Source: a virus
Taxonomy: Duplodnaviria > Caudoviricetes
Strand: one strand, 5' to 3'
IMG/VR virus record: IMGVR_UViG_3300020043_005745
Span: 1-33,901 of that record
Length of the DNA stretch: 33,901 nt
The notes below the pieces were generated by a model. It was not told the DNA's origin, did no database searches, and saw only the letters and a program-made list of their open reading frames with translations. Made by a program: the position numbers and the translations under genes. Numbering within the stretch: position 1 is the stretch's first letter; every line of letters begins with the position of its first letter. This document shows, piece after piece, positions 1 to 7,474 of this stretch.

Positions 1-31
1 GTTGCTAGTGCGGTTGCCATTGGGATTTCTC

Positions 32-334
32 CTAGATTTCTGCTCCGGCCTCAACAAGCTCTTGGGCTTGCTCCTCGGCCTCGGCGGGTGGTTGGATTTC
101 ACGAAAACGCCATGCGGCAAAGCCTCGCTCCGGGTGGGGTGATTTTGCCGAGCAGGGGTTTTTAAGTTCATTAAGATAGACAACGATTTCGCCCGGCTCT
201 CCGTTCGCACTTATGCCTACGCCCAAATCCCTGACCGTGTAGGTGCGATCCTTAAGTGGGAGCGCATTGTAATAGATTAGGATTTCCGTCGGGAATCGGT
301 CATCCACGCAAACGACTTTGCTCCCAGTCCTCAC
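32..334 (-). CDS. hypothetical phage protein
   Basis: ORF 32..394. A GTG start at 334 is preferred because it overlaps the upstream TGA (GTGA). The N-terminus 'GSKVVCVDD' is typical of small phage beta proteins. Confidence 0.7.
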   Translation of the reverse strand: MRTGSKVVCVDDRFPTEILIYYNALPLKDRTYTVRDLGVGISANGEPGEIVVYLNELKNPCSAKSPHPERGFAAWRFREIQPPAEAEEQAQELVEAGAEI

Positions 335-858
335 CGTTTTTTGCCCTTCTTTTTTAGACCTTTTACCCATGCGTCCTTGTTCCATTTTGGGCATTCCTTC
401 CGTCTCCGTTCGTGAACCCGTAAAGCTCTCTCTTTGTAGATTTGTCTTACCCTTGCTGACCGTTGAACCCGTAAAACTAGCCCCGTTCTTTTGGTCAGTT
501 CCGATAGCCGTGCGGACAATGCGGCGCGGGTGTATGGCCGTCCGGTCGTGGGGTTGATGTAGCGTTTGGCTATTGCCGTGAGGCTGTCCGGGGATCGGTT
601 TGAGGCCAGCGCGAGCAGGGCTTCGTCCAGCGTATCGTCCCTCTTTGTCCGTAGCAGTTGCGAATCGCCTTCGTGCTTAATCGTTTCCTCAACAACTTGG
701 GCTGTTAGCTTGGCAAGTTCGTCTAGGTTTTGGCCTCCGTTCATGGCCTTGAGTCTGGCCAGCCGCTCTTTGACCCGATCTTCCAGCGTGTCGATCTGCT
801 CGGCCATATCGACCGTGTAGCTGGCGGCAATCGAATCGGCCGGGTCGGTCTGCTTCAT
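331..858 (-). CDS. putative DNA-binding protein (HTH-like, basic C-terminus)
   Basis: ATG at 858 overlaps the upstream stop (ATGA). Contains an HTH-like segment 'SLTAIAKRY...YTRAALSARLSEL'. Confidence 0.55.
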   Translation of the reverse strand: MKQTDPADSIAASYTVDMAEQIDTLEDRVKERLARLKAMNGGQNLDELAKLTAQVVEETIKHEGDSQLLRTKRDDTLDEALLALASNRSPDSLTAIAKRYINPTTGRPYTRAALSARLSELTKRTGLVLRVQRSARVRQIYKERALRVHERRRKECPKWNKDAWVKGLKKKGKKR

Positions 859-1145
859 TCCGTTGCCCCCTTCGCCCACTTCCAATGTGCAAACTTGCTC
901 GGCCTGATGATTCGCCCGTTCGTTTCCAGCCATTTCAAGTGATACTGAACGGCTCCCGGTTCCAGCTTTAGCACCGAGCAGATTACTGGCGTTGGTATTT
1001 CGCTAGTCACTAGCCGTTCAATGGCTTGGCGGATTAGGTCAATCCGTTCTTGTGATCGGCCTTTGCCGAATAGCTTTTGCCTGTCCTTATCAGCTACTAT
1101 GCTCGATAGGATTTGCTCGGCCTTGCTTGTGGCGGACTCAATCAC
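855..1145 (-). CDS. winged-helix/HTH DNA-binding protein
   Basis: 'IPTPVICSVLKLEPGAVQYHLKWLETNGRI' fits a wHTH pattern. The gene is preceded by a sigma70-like promoter. Confidence 0.65.
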   Translation of the reverse strand: MIESATSKAEQILSSIVADKDRQKLFGKGRSQERIDLIRQAIERLVTSEIPTPVICSVLKLEPGAVQYHLKWLETNGRIIRPSKFAHWKWAKGATE

Positions 1146-1153
1146 GGGGGCTT

Positions 1154-1181
1154 AACCTAAGTTATTGGTTTCCTTTGTCAA
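1154..1181 (-). promoter_or_regulatory. sigma70-like promoter (TTGACA-N16-TAGGTT)
   Basis: Minus strand reads TTGACAAAGGAAACCAATAACTTAGGTT, about 8 nt before the GTG at 1145, so the mRNA would be nearly leaderless. Confidence 0.6.
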
Positions 1182-1205
1182 TTTTACGGGTTTATGTTAT
1201 TTGGA

Positions 1206-1481
1206 CTAGGCAATCGAATAACTTGCAATCCGCTTCCCGCTGTCCGTCTCGCGCTCCTCGCACTTGATCGGAACTCCCGCCTTTTTTAAGTCATGGATTC
1301 GTGCCGCCAGCCGGAAGCATCCGTAGAGTTGCAAGGCTTCGATGGCCGTGATGCTCCGCCCGCTGTTTAGATGCCCTAGGATTTTTGCGTTTTGCTTGTT
1401 GCCTATTGGCTTTTGGGGATGATGGGTTTCTTTCTGCTCCACGAAAGGCATCGTAAGTTGGGATGCAAATTGGAAGCTCAT
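1206..1481 (-). CDS. helix-turn-helix protein (HTH_39-like)
   Basis: 'ILGHLNSGRSITAIEALQLYGCFRLAARIHDLKKAG' matches this common phage HTH family. Confidence 0.8.
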   Translation of the reverse strand: MSFQFASQLTMPFVEQKETHHPQKPIGNKQNAKILGHLNSGRSITAIEALQLYGCFRLAARIHDLKKAGVPIKCEERETDSGKRIASYSIA

Positions 1482-1984
1482 TTTTGCTTCCTCGCATACT
1501 GAACCTTGCGTTTATTGTCCCCTGTTTTCCAGCCTTTTGATCTGGCATAGCAGATTGAGCCGTGATCACATCCCCATGCTCTTGCAATCGCGTTCATTGG
1601 GATTCCGGCCTCATGTTGCATCCTCCAAATCTCCCACCTCCGCTGAACCACCTCGGCAGTTCGGTTTTGCTTTTTGCCTCTTTTGCCCGGAATCATCCGT
1701 AGGTCTTGAGGCACTTCGATTGTTGGGGCTAGGGCTTTGGTTAGGGTCAAACGCTGTTTTAAGCCCATTTCCGCTTCAATACGGGCCACTTTATCGCATA
1801 GCGGGGAAAGTTGGGATGCCAAAAGGGTTGCCATTTCTGGGGATAGCCTTTTATTGGCATCCTTCATTAGCTGTTCCTTGATCCCAACCCGCTCTTCAAA
1901 ACTATTAACCCGATCCTCAACCGCCTTGAGCCTTACAGAAAGGGCGGCGATGCCGGATTCTAGCATTTGGGTGTCTAGCATCAT
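1478..1984 (-). CDS. coiled-coil protein with C-terminal HTH
   Basis: N-terminal heptad-rich region followed by C-terminal 'GIPMNAIARAWGCDHGSICY'. Start chosen at the ATGA overlap at 1984. Confidence 0.6.
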   Translation of the reverse strand: MMLDTQMLESGIAALSVRLKAVEDRVNSFEERVGIKEQLMKDANKRLSPEMATLLASQLSPLCDKVARIEAEMGLKQRLTLTKALAPTIEVPQDLRMIPGKRGKKQNRTAEVVQRRWEIWRMQHEAGIPMNAIARAWGCDHGSICYARSKGWKTGDNKRKVQYARKQK

Positions 1985-2727
1985 GACGGACTCCCGGCTT
2001 TCTGCCATTCGCTAAATGATGCGAAGCCCATAATCCGATATAGCGGAGCGGACTCGCACGATGATTTGATTTGTGGTTTTGGTTGCATGGTTTGTGTTCC
2101 TTTCGGTTGTGTTCCTTGGTTTCTGCGAAAGCAATTTCTGGCGGCGGCTTGCCAATTCTTAACGGGCGCACGGCCTCCGACCTTCCATCCATTAGCCTCA
2201 TAATGGTCGAAGGCTCCTTGAACATCCTTGCCTACCCATCCAATGCTCTTTGCGTAATCCGACCATTCCGCGAGCGTGGGGCGCACCTGCGCCCTCTCTC
2301 TCTTTATCTGGCCTCTAGCCTCTGTAGCCTCTAGCCTCTGCCCCGTGACAAAGGCGTGACATCCGTTGGACATTTGCGTGACAGAGCCGTGACGCTTGCG
2401 GAACTGCCTATCCCTGTTTGACTTGCGTGTCCGCTCTTCCTTGCTCATTCGGCGTGAAAATATCGTGTCATTGTCCATTGAATACACGCCAGCTTGCGCC
2501 AACTCGATGAGCAACTCGGATGTCGTTTCGAGGCTTTGGCCGAAGATTCGGGCTAGGTGTTCAGCCGTCATGGGCTTATCCCCGGCCAACAAATAGCCGT
2601 GCCTTTTTGATTTTGCCATAAGGCAAATCATATCCACCCAAAGCCCTCTTGCCGCCGGAGTGCAACCTCGCAAGGCTTCATCCGAAAGCCAGTCTGAGGG
2701 ATAGAATTTAAGCCAAGGCAACTTCAT
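1981..2727 (-). CDS. replication initiator protein (DUF1376/YdaU-like N-terminus)
   Basis: N-terminal 'LPWLKFYPSDWLSD...ARGLWVDMICLM', C-terminal 'FDHYEANGWKVG...KNWQAAARN', and internal iteron-like repeats. Confidence 0.8.
   Translation of the reverse strand: MKLPWLKFYPSDWLSDEALRGCTPAARGLWVDMICLMAKSKRHGYLLAGDKPMTAEHLARIFGQSLETTSELLIELAQAGVYSMDNDTIFSRRMSKEERTRKSNRDRQFRKRHGSVTQMSNGCHAFVTGQRLEATEARGQIKRERAQVRPTLAEWSDYAKSIGWVGKDVQGAFDHYEANGWKVGGRAPVKNWQAAARNCFRRNQGTQPKGTQTMQPKPQIKSSCESAPLYRIMGFASFSEWQKAGSPS
2311..2393. repeat. putative replication origin iterons inside the initiator gene
   Basis: CGTGAC at 2344, 2355, 2377 and 2388 plus degenerate TTGGAC at 2366 give an exact 11-bp period. Adjacent GCCTCT repeats lie at 2311-2340. 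Confidence 0.7.
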
Positions 2728-3083
2728 TCTGGAAACCTAATGAAGTTTAAACCACAAATAATTCTAGCCCTTACCAAAAGTGGTAATTTTTCAAATAATT
2801 TTTTGCAATTTTCAAGATTATCAAGAGGGTTCGTCTTGTTCATAATTGGTTTGTGTTTAAAAATATATTGAGATTCCCTCCATCCAAGAAAGGAATTTGC
2901 CTCGGCAATAGATAAGCCAACTAAATCATTTTCCAAGGATATGGCATCAGCACTAAAAAACTTTATTTTTCTTTCTTTTATATGCTGTGCTATTCTTTTT
3001 GATATTGAAATAGCCTTCCCAATATAAATAATTTCACCATCATAATCTTTTAAAAAATAGATACCGGGATAATCTGCTTTCAT
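2724..3083 (-). CDS. GIY-YIG nuclease family protein
   Basis: 'PGIYFLKDYDGEIIYIGKAISISKRIAQH' with a downstream E...N. Visibly AT-rich compared with its neighbours. Confidence 0.85.
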   Translation of the reverse strand: MKADYPGIYFLKDYDGEIIYIGKAISISKRIAQHIKERKIKFFSADAISLENDLVGLSIAEANSFLGWRESQYIFKHKPIMNKTNPLDNLENCKKLFEKLPLLVRARIICGLNFIRFPE

Positions 3084-3289
3084 CTTTTTCCGTTCTCCAA
3101 ATCCCGCTTCTGGTATTTCTTTGCCCGTTCGAGGAGTTCCTTTGCCATGACTTCGGCGAGGTCGGCATGGTGTAGAACATCCTTGTACGATTTATGCTGG
3201 GCATGGCTCCATTCCTTTTGCATTTCTTTAAGCCTCGCCGTTGTGTAGCGGAGCAGTTGTTTCAAATAGGTTAATCTTTTAACGCTCAT
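3080..3289 (-). CDS. hypothetical protein
   Basis: 69-aa ORF with SD AGGAGG upstream, coupled to neighbours. Confidence 0.7.
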   Translation of the reverse strand: MSVKRLTYLKQLLRYTTARLKEMQKEWSHAQHKSYKDVLHHADLAEVMAKELLERAKKYQKRDLENGKR

Positions 3290-3422
3290 TCCAAAACCTC
3301 CTAGCTTTGCCCGATGCGAAGGCGGCGAGCAGTATAATGGCGACCAACCCGCCCAATATAAAGCCCACGATTAGCCCCACCTCGACCATCTTCTTGCCAA
3401 TATTTAAGAATGTTTCTGGCAT
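3279..3422 (-). CDS. small membrane protein (47 aa, not in ORF track)
   Basis: Hand-translated MPETFLNIGKKMVEVGLIVGFILGGLVAIILLAAFASGKARRFWNER. SD AAGGAG upstream and one TM helix. Confidence 0.65.
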   Translation of the reverse strand: MPETFLNIGKKMVEVGLIVGFILGGLVAIILLAAFASGKARRFWNER

Positions 3423-3430
3423 AAATCTCC

Positions 3431-3652
3431 TTATGCGAGAGGAGCCTTCGGCCACGCCGACCAGCTAGCAACTGCTTCAGCCCTTGTCCAATTATTTGCA
3501 TAAAAAGTTCCGTGAGTGTAGCGAGCCGCCAGCACATCGTTTCCAATAATAACAAGAACTCGATCATTTTCCTTGGGCTTTTCATTTGCCGGATTCCTCC
3601 ATTCTAATAAACTCCATTTTGAGGTTGGTACATCCACATTATAGGCGGACAT
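3431..3652 (-). CDS. hypothetical protein (DUF551-like)
   Basis: 'WRNPANEKPKENDRVLV...VASWSAWPKAP' resembles the DUF551 pattern. Confidence 0.6.
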   Translation of the reverse strand: MSAYNVDVPTSKWSLLEWRNPANEKPKENDRVLVIIGNDVLAARYTHGTFYANNWTRAEAVASWSAWPKAPLA

Positions 3653-3824
3653 AGGGCGATCTCCTGATGGCCGTGGCCGCATCGTTGAACAAGTCTTTCT
3701 GAACTTGATCTTCCGTGCCGTCCCTTAATTGCTCAAGAAGCATGGCGCATCGTTCACGCTCTAGTGCCGCGACTTGTGCGCCATATTCCTTTAGCATTTG
3801 TGCGGTTTGGCTGGCGTAGGACAT
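3639..3824 (-). CDS. hypothetical protein
   Basis: 'ERERCA...AATAIR' motif is common in small phage early proteins. Start uncertain. Confidence 0.6.
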   Translation of the reverse strand: MSYASQTAQMLKEYGAQVAALERERCAMLLEQLRDGTEDQVQKDLFNDAATAIRRSPYVRL

Positions 3825-3846
3825 GGATATGCTTGAGGATGTTTCT

Positions 3847-4620
3847 TCAGAAGGGGATTTCATCTTTTTTATCCTCCTCGATTACGGCTTTGATGACCGC
3901 CCTCAACGCCACATCCTTTTTGTAGGGTTGGCCGTCCGGGGCGTTCTTTAGCGGTTGTTCACTCAACCACATCAGCCAGCTAAAGCCCTCGGATGATCTT
4001 GCGATTTGCCGGACGGTCTGTCCCTTGTATTTGCCAAAGCCAACAACCATGTCCTTTACCTCGGAGTCCTTGGTTTTCTTTTCCTCGACCAGTTGCGCGG
4101 TAATTTCTTTGACCTCTGCCGCCGTTGGCTCTTCGTATTTGTCCGTGTTTATGTCTTGGAACCCACCCGGAGGAACCTCATCGGCTGGCGTTGCTGATAG
4201 GTTTTTAATGCCCATCAGCGGGACGCAAGCGGCCAAAGCCATCTTGCAAACCTTGGAAGCCGCCCGTGTTTGAGCCATCGACCGAACCGCATATTCATCG
4301 GCGTGCTTCCATCGCTTCTCATCCTTGGAGCAAAAGCCTTCGGCCTCTGCCACGATCACTCCATTGTCGGAGCGGCGGAGGTAAGCCTTGGCGATAAAGC
4401 CATCGCCCTCCCGCTTCACCTCGCCCCCGCTGACAACATAGCCAGCGGCTCCGGCCATAATAAGCCAGCCGGGGTTTTTGATGTAGCGATGCCCCATGAC
4501 CTCGATTGTTTCTTGTTCAACCGAGTCCCTCACGGCTTTGGCAAGGGCTAGGTTGGTTTTGTGCCGAACAACTGGATCGGCAATTTGAGTTTCGGTTGTT
4601 GCTAGTTGTGTGTCGTTCAT
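3847..4620 (-). CDS. putative ssDNA-annealing/recombination protein with C-terminal FGKYKG domain and SSB-like tail
   Basis: Contains 'AEGFCSKDEKRW...AVRSMAQTRAASK', 'GFGKYKGQTVRQI' and ends in DEIPF. Confidence 0.55.
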   Translation of the reverse strand: MNDTQLATTETQIADPVVRHKTNLALAKAVRDSVEQETIEVMGHRYIKNPGWLIMAGAAGYVVSGGEVKREGDGFIAKAYLRRSDNGVIVAEAEGFCSKDEKRWKHADEYAVRSMAQTRAASKVCKMALAACVPLMGIKNLSATPADEVPPGGFQDINTDKYEEPTAAEVKEITAQLVEEKKTKDSEVKDMVVGFGKYKGQTVRQIARSSEGFSWLMWLSEQPLKNAPDGQPYKKDVALRAVIKAVIEEDKKDEIPF

Positions 4621-4636
4621 GTGTTCCTTTCTTGGT

Positions 4637-5002
4637 TTATTCGTTGGGAAGTCTTTGTCTTGTGTTCAGCATCCATTGCTCGCCGTGTTGCTGGCGATAA
4701 TCCCAATAGCCCGGAAGGCCGTTCTTCCAACCGGGTTCGTAGGGGATTCGATTCATTAAGCAAAACATTTCGCGCTCAAGTTCCCGAGCCATCTGTTCCA
4801 TGTGCCATTCTGGGTTATCATGGGCAAGGCTTATAAAGTTCTTTAGGCACTCGGCATCGTGGGCTTTCTCCTCGGCCTTTTTTTGCTCTTTGCTTTTAAC
4901 AAAAGGCTCCTCGACCCTTATCACTCTTTCTTTCCAATCTTGAACGGCTTGGCGGCGCATATCGTCCGCCTCTTTAAGATATTCCTCCCTAAACGCTGGC
5001 AT
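4637..5002 (-). CDS. hypothetical protein
   Basis: 121-aa ORF coupled to neighbours. Confidence 0.65.
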   Translation of the reverse strand: MPAFREEYLKEADDMRRQAVQDWKERVIRVEEPFVKSKEQKKAEEKAHDAECLKNFISLAHDNPEWHMEQMARELEREMFCLMNRIPYEPGWKNGLPGYWDYRQQHGEQWMLNTRQRLPNE

Positions 5003-5336
5003 CTTGAATTTCCTTTTGAAGCTCTTGGTAGGTCTTTGACCCGCCCCGATTGATTGTTTCTATAATTGGAAGAACCCAAGAGGCGGCGATCTTGTCCGCT
5101 GGGATTCTAAAAAGAAGAATGCCCCTCTCGGTCATGAGGTTGTATTTCTGCATATCAGAAAGGAATCCTGTGCCTCGGTTGTGGCGGCCCCGAATCCAAA
5201 TCCCGCCCTCAATTTCTATGGCTACGCCGGAATCGTGAAAGTAATCAATCCTAAAGCGTCTTGTGGGATGGAACTTGTGTTCCTTAATTAGCTTGGGGCC
5301 GTTGTGCAGTTTCCAAAGCAATTCAAATTTGTTCAT
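4989..5336 (-). CDS. PD-(D/E)XK-type endonuclease (DUF559/Vsr-like)
   Basis: 'EHKFHPTRRFRIDY...VAIEIEGGIW..GRHNRG.GF..DMQKYN'. Start at the TAATG overlap at 5336. Confidence 0.8.
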   Translation of the reverse strand: MNKFELLWKLHNGPKLIKEHKFHPTRRFRIDYFHDSGVAIEIEGGIWIRGRHNRGTGFLSDMQKYNLMTERGILLFRIPADKIAASWVLPIIETINRGGSKTYQELQKEIQDASV

Positions 5337-5545
5337 TAGTTCCTCATCTCCCAAATCGAGGGGTTGCGGGAACGCCGTTCGGCTTGCTTGGTTTCCTCGG
5401 TTATTTTGTCCAGCCGATCCAATTCCTCGGCTACCATTAAATAAAATCTGCGCTTCTCGTAGTCGCGTTGAGCCATGTATTTTAGAAACTCCTTGCTTCC
5501 AAAATACAAGAAGAAGCAGATAAAAATTAAGAGTGCTTCGATCAT
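5336..5545 (-). CDS. membrane-anchored hypothetical protein
   Basis: N-terminal hydrophobic stretch 'ALLIFICFFLYF'. ATGA overlap with the upstream gene. Confidence 0.6.
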   Translation of the reverse strand: MIEALLIFICFFLYFGSKEFLKYMAQRDYEKRRFYLMVAEELDRLDKITEETKQAERRSRNPSIWEMRN

Positions 5546-6087
5546 AGAATCCTCCATTTGTGCCAAGAAAGGGAGCAATAAGAGGGATTAGGAATGGCGG
5601 GATAGCGGTCATCCTTCTTCATCACGAAGCCCTCCCAAACCAGCCCGCCCCGATTCTGGAAGTTCATTTCATCCCAAATGGCCTTTAGCTTCTTGTGCGC
5701 TAGGCGGGGCATCCGTAGCAGGGCATTGGAGCGAAGGGCAAAGGTTGCGGGTTCGATGTGTTCAATCTCTTTCATCCGTTGCGAGTATGGCTTCGGGTTG
5801 TTTGGGTCATAGGCATCAATCACGATCACCGTGCCCACCCCAATCTTTTCCCGCTGACCCATGATCTCGCAATCCACCCACCGAGACTTAATCCCGCATC
5901 CGGCCAGCCGTTCCGCCATGAGGCCGCTATTCGAGGCGACCCTGCCGTGGCGGTTGTAGCCGATTCCTGTCTGTTGGTCGAACCACCCGCGCCATCCGTT
6001 CGCTTTAGGTTCGATTGCCCAATCTTCATAGGTCTCCGACCAAGGTGCTTCGGCGGCTCCGACCGGGCGGGCGGGAAAGGATTTCAT
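5542..6087 (-). CDS. ATP-dependent ligase-like nucleotidyltransferase (adenylation domain only)
   Basis: Motifs I EPKANGWR, III DCEI, IIIa VIDA, IV EGFVMK and V WHKW are present. No OB-fold follows. Confidence 0.75.
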   Translation of the reverse strand: MKSFPARPVGAAEAPWSETYEDWAIEPKANGWRGWFDQQTGIGYNRHGRVASNSGLMAERLAGCGIKSRWVDCEIMGQREKIGVGTVIVIDAYDPNNPKPYSQRMKEIEHIEPATFALRSNALLRMPRLAHKKLKAIWDEMNFQNRGGLVWEGFVMKKDDRYPAIPNPSYCSLSWHKWRIL

Positions 6088-6110
6088 TTGGCCCTTATTG
6101 CTCCGTTAAG

Positions 6111-6203
6111 TTATTTCGTCAATAACAATTCAAGCCAATCGCCAAGGCCAAGGCCGACAAGGATGCCGACCATGAATACGATGTAGAGTTTTAGGTATTT
6201 CAT
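6111..6203 (-). CDS. small membrane peptide (30 aa)
   Basis: Hand-translated MKYLKLYIVFMVGILVGLGLGDWLELLLTK. SD AAGGAG and ATGA overlap. Confidence 0.55.
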   Translation of the reverse strand: MKYLKLYIVFMVGILVGLGLGDWLELLLTK

Positions 6204-6496
6204 TTGAGTGCTCCTTTCTTGGCGATATTGGCCGCCATTGTTTGCCTTGCCTTATTGAGCCTTTCCTGTCTGTCCATCTGCATGGCAAAGGCGAAAGTCT
6301 CTGCCTGCATCCCTCGATTAACAATATCCTCCGCATCAATCACGGCTTGGGCATCGCTTCGATTTGCGCCTTTGGCCTCAAGCTCTTGAACCCTTTGTTC
6401 CCAAGTTTTGATTTTAACACCAGCCCCAACGAAGCCCTCATCATCCCACTCTGTGTAGCAACGATGCGGCTCATAGATTCTTGTCTTAATTTTCAT
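6200..6496 (-). CDS. hypothetical early protein
   Basis: 98-aa ORF preceded by the repeated 20-bp leader. Confidence 0.7.
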   Translation of the reverse strand: MKIKTRIYEPHRCYTEWDDEGFVGAGVKIKTWEQRVQELEAKGANRSDAQAVIDAEDIVNRGMQAETFAFAMQMDRQERLNKARQTMAANIAKKGALK

Positions 6497-6498
6497 TT

Positions 6499-6765
6499 TA
6501 GGATTTCCTTTCTTGGTTTTTAATGTTGGCTCAATTTAACTGCGGGAGCGAATCTTAAAATTTTTGCAATAAGTCCACTCCCGATAGGCAAGAGGATATT
6601 CGTCTCGATTCCTAATTGCATTTACAAGTTTATCGGATATGTGCCACAAGTCCTTTTTGTATGCCCTTACCCAATACAAAACGCCAAATAGTTTTGTTAC
6701 CCATTTACCATTTCTGTATGCCCATACTACATTGTTTTTCATGCCTAGGATTTCCTTTCTTGGTT
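6499..6765 (-). repeat. 20-bp direct repeat AACCAAGAAAGGAAATCCTA (6499-6518, 6746-6765; 14-bp core also at 4624-4637)
   Basis: Exact match read from the sequence. Each copy sits immediately 5' of an ATG. Confidence 0.9.
6536..6742 (-). CDS. hypothetical early protein
   Basis: ATG at 6742 follows the 20-bp leader. AT-rich, 68 aa. Confidence 0.6.
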   Translation of the reverse strand: MKNNVVWAYRNGKWVTKLFGVLYWVRAYKKDLWHISDKLVNAIRNRDEYPLAYREWTYCKNFKIRSRS

Positions 6766-6770
6766 GGTGG

Positions 6771-7100
6771 TTAAAAGGTGGCGAATCTCGCACTTACCCT
6801 AGTGTAGTTCTTGTTTTTAAGTTCAAGGCCACGGCGAACCAACTCGGCCTCTATTTCTGGGATTCCACGCTCTTCAATTAGGCGTTGCTTGTATGCTTGA
6901 ATTTGTGAGTAAGATTTGTATTCGGTGCGATAGCTTTGACCAAACTGATTTTTTGGCGGTTTAATCGACCGAAATACCTCCCTCCAAGCGTGAGACCTTG
7001 CAGAAAAAAGGGCATCATCGGAGGATGATTTTAATGTGACCCTTTCCCCGCCCACATAAAGGCAGGGAGCAACTTCGGCTGTCGTTATTTTGTTCATCAT
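6771..7100 (-). CDS. hypothetical early protein
   Basis: 109-aa ORF directly after a sigma70-like promoter. Confidence 0.7.
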   Translation of the reverse strand: MMNKITTAEVAPCLYVGGERVTLKSSSDDALFSARSHAWREVFRSIKPPKNQFGQSYRTEYKSYSQIQAYKQRLIEERGIPEIEAELVRRGLELKNKNYTRVSARFATF

Positions 7101-7106
7101 GGAACC

Positions 7107-7134
7107 ATCTTAAGGTTTCTTGATAGTTTGTAAA
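7107..7134 (-). promoter_or_regulatory. early sigma70-like promoter (TTTACA-N16-TAAGAT), probably leaderless
   Basis: The -10 ends 6 nt before the ATG at 7100. An AT-rich UP-like region lies upstream. Confidence 0.65.
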
Positions 7135-7156
7135 GAGAAAATCCCTATTTATTTCT

Positions 7157-7176
7157 CTTTGAATATCAAAGACTTA
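7157..7176. promoter_or_regulatory. IHF-consensus site overlapping a palindrome
   Basis: TATCAAAGACTTA (7164-7176) matches WATCAANNNNTTR. Palindrome CTTTGA-ATA-TCAAAG at 7157-7171. Confidence 0.45.
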
Positions 7177-7183
7177 CAAAAGG

Positions 7184-7474
7184 CTAGGCAATTTTGTAGT
7201 GAACGATCGCCGAAATTCTGCGCCCCGAGCCATCGAAAATCCTAAACTCTTTTTTCAATAAAAGTCCATCCCGAACCATGCCATTTAGAAGTTTGTTTGT
7301 TGAGCCGCCAGAATGGTTGCCCTTAAAGCCCATCGCCCTCGCGGCGGCATCTGCGCGAAGCCATCCCTTCGGAACTTCCTCCTGTTGTTTTTGCAGATAT
7401 TTTTTAAGGGTCTGCGCCCATTCCCCATTAAAACCAATCTTATTCCAACCCTTGCTATGATGCTCCTTTTTCAT
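7184..7474 (-). CDS. putative winged-helix DNA-binding protein
   Basis: 'VPKGWLRADAAARAMG...TNKLLNGMVRDGLL...HYKI'. Confidence 0.55.
   Translation of the reverse strand: MKKEHHSKGWNKIGFNGEWAQTLKKYLQKQQEEVPKGWLRADAAARAMGFKGNHSGGSTNKLLNGMVRDGLLLKKEFRIFDGSGRRISAIVHYKIA

Noticed and set aside
1-20. Start of a further gene (MATALA...)
   Set aside because: Truncated by the window edge and too short to call.
4989-5612. 207-aa version of the nuclease ORF
   Set aside because: The upstream part overlaps two better genes. The real start is probably ATG 5336.
6499-6765. CRISPR-like mini-array
   Set aside because: Only two full copies 247 bp apart, each an RBS-containing leader, and no cas genes.
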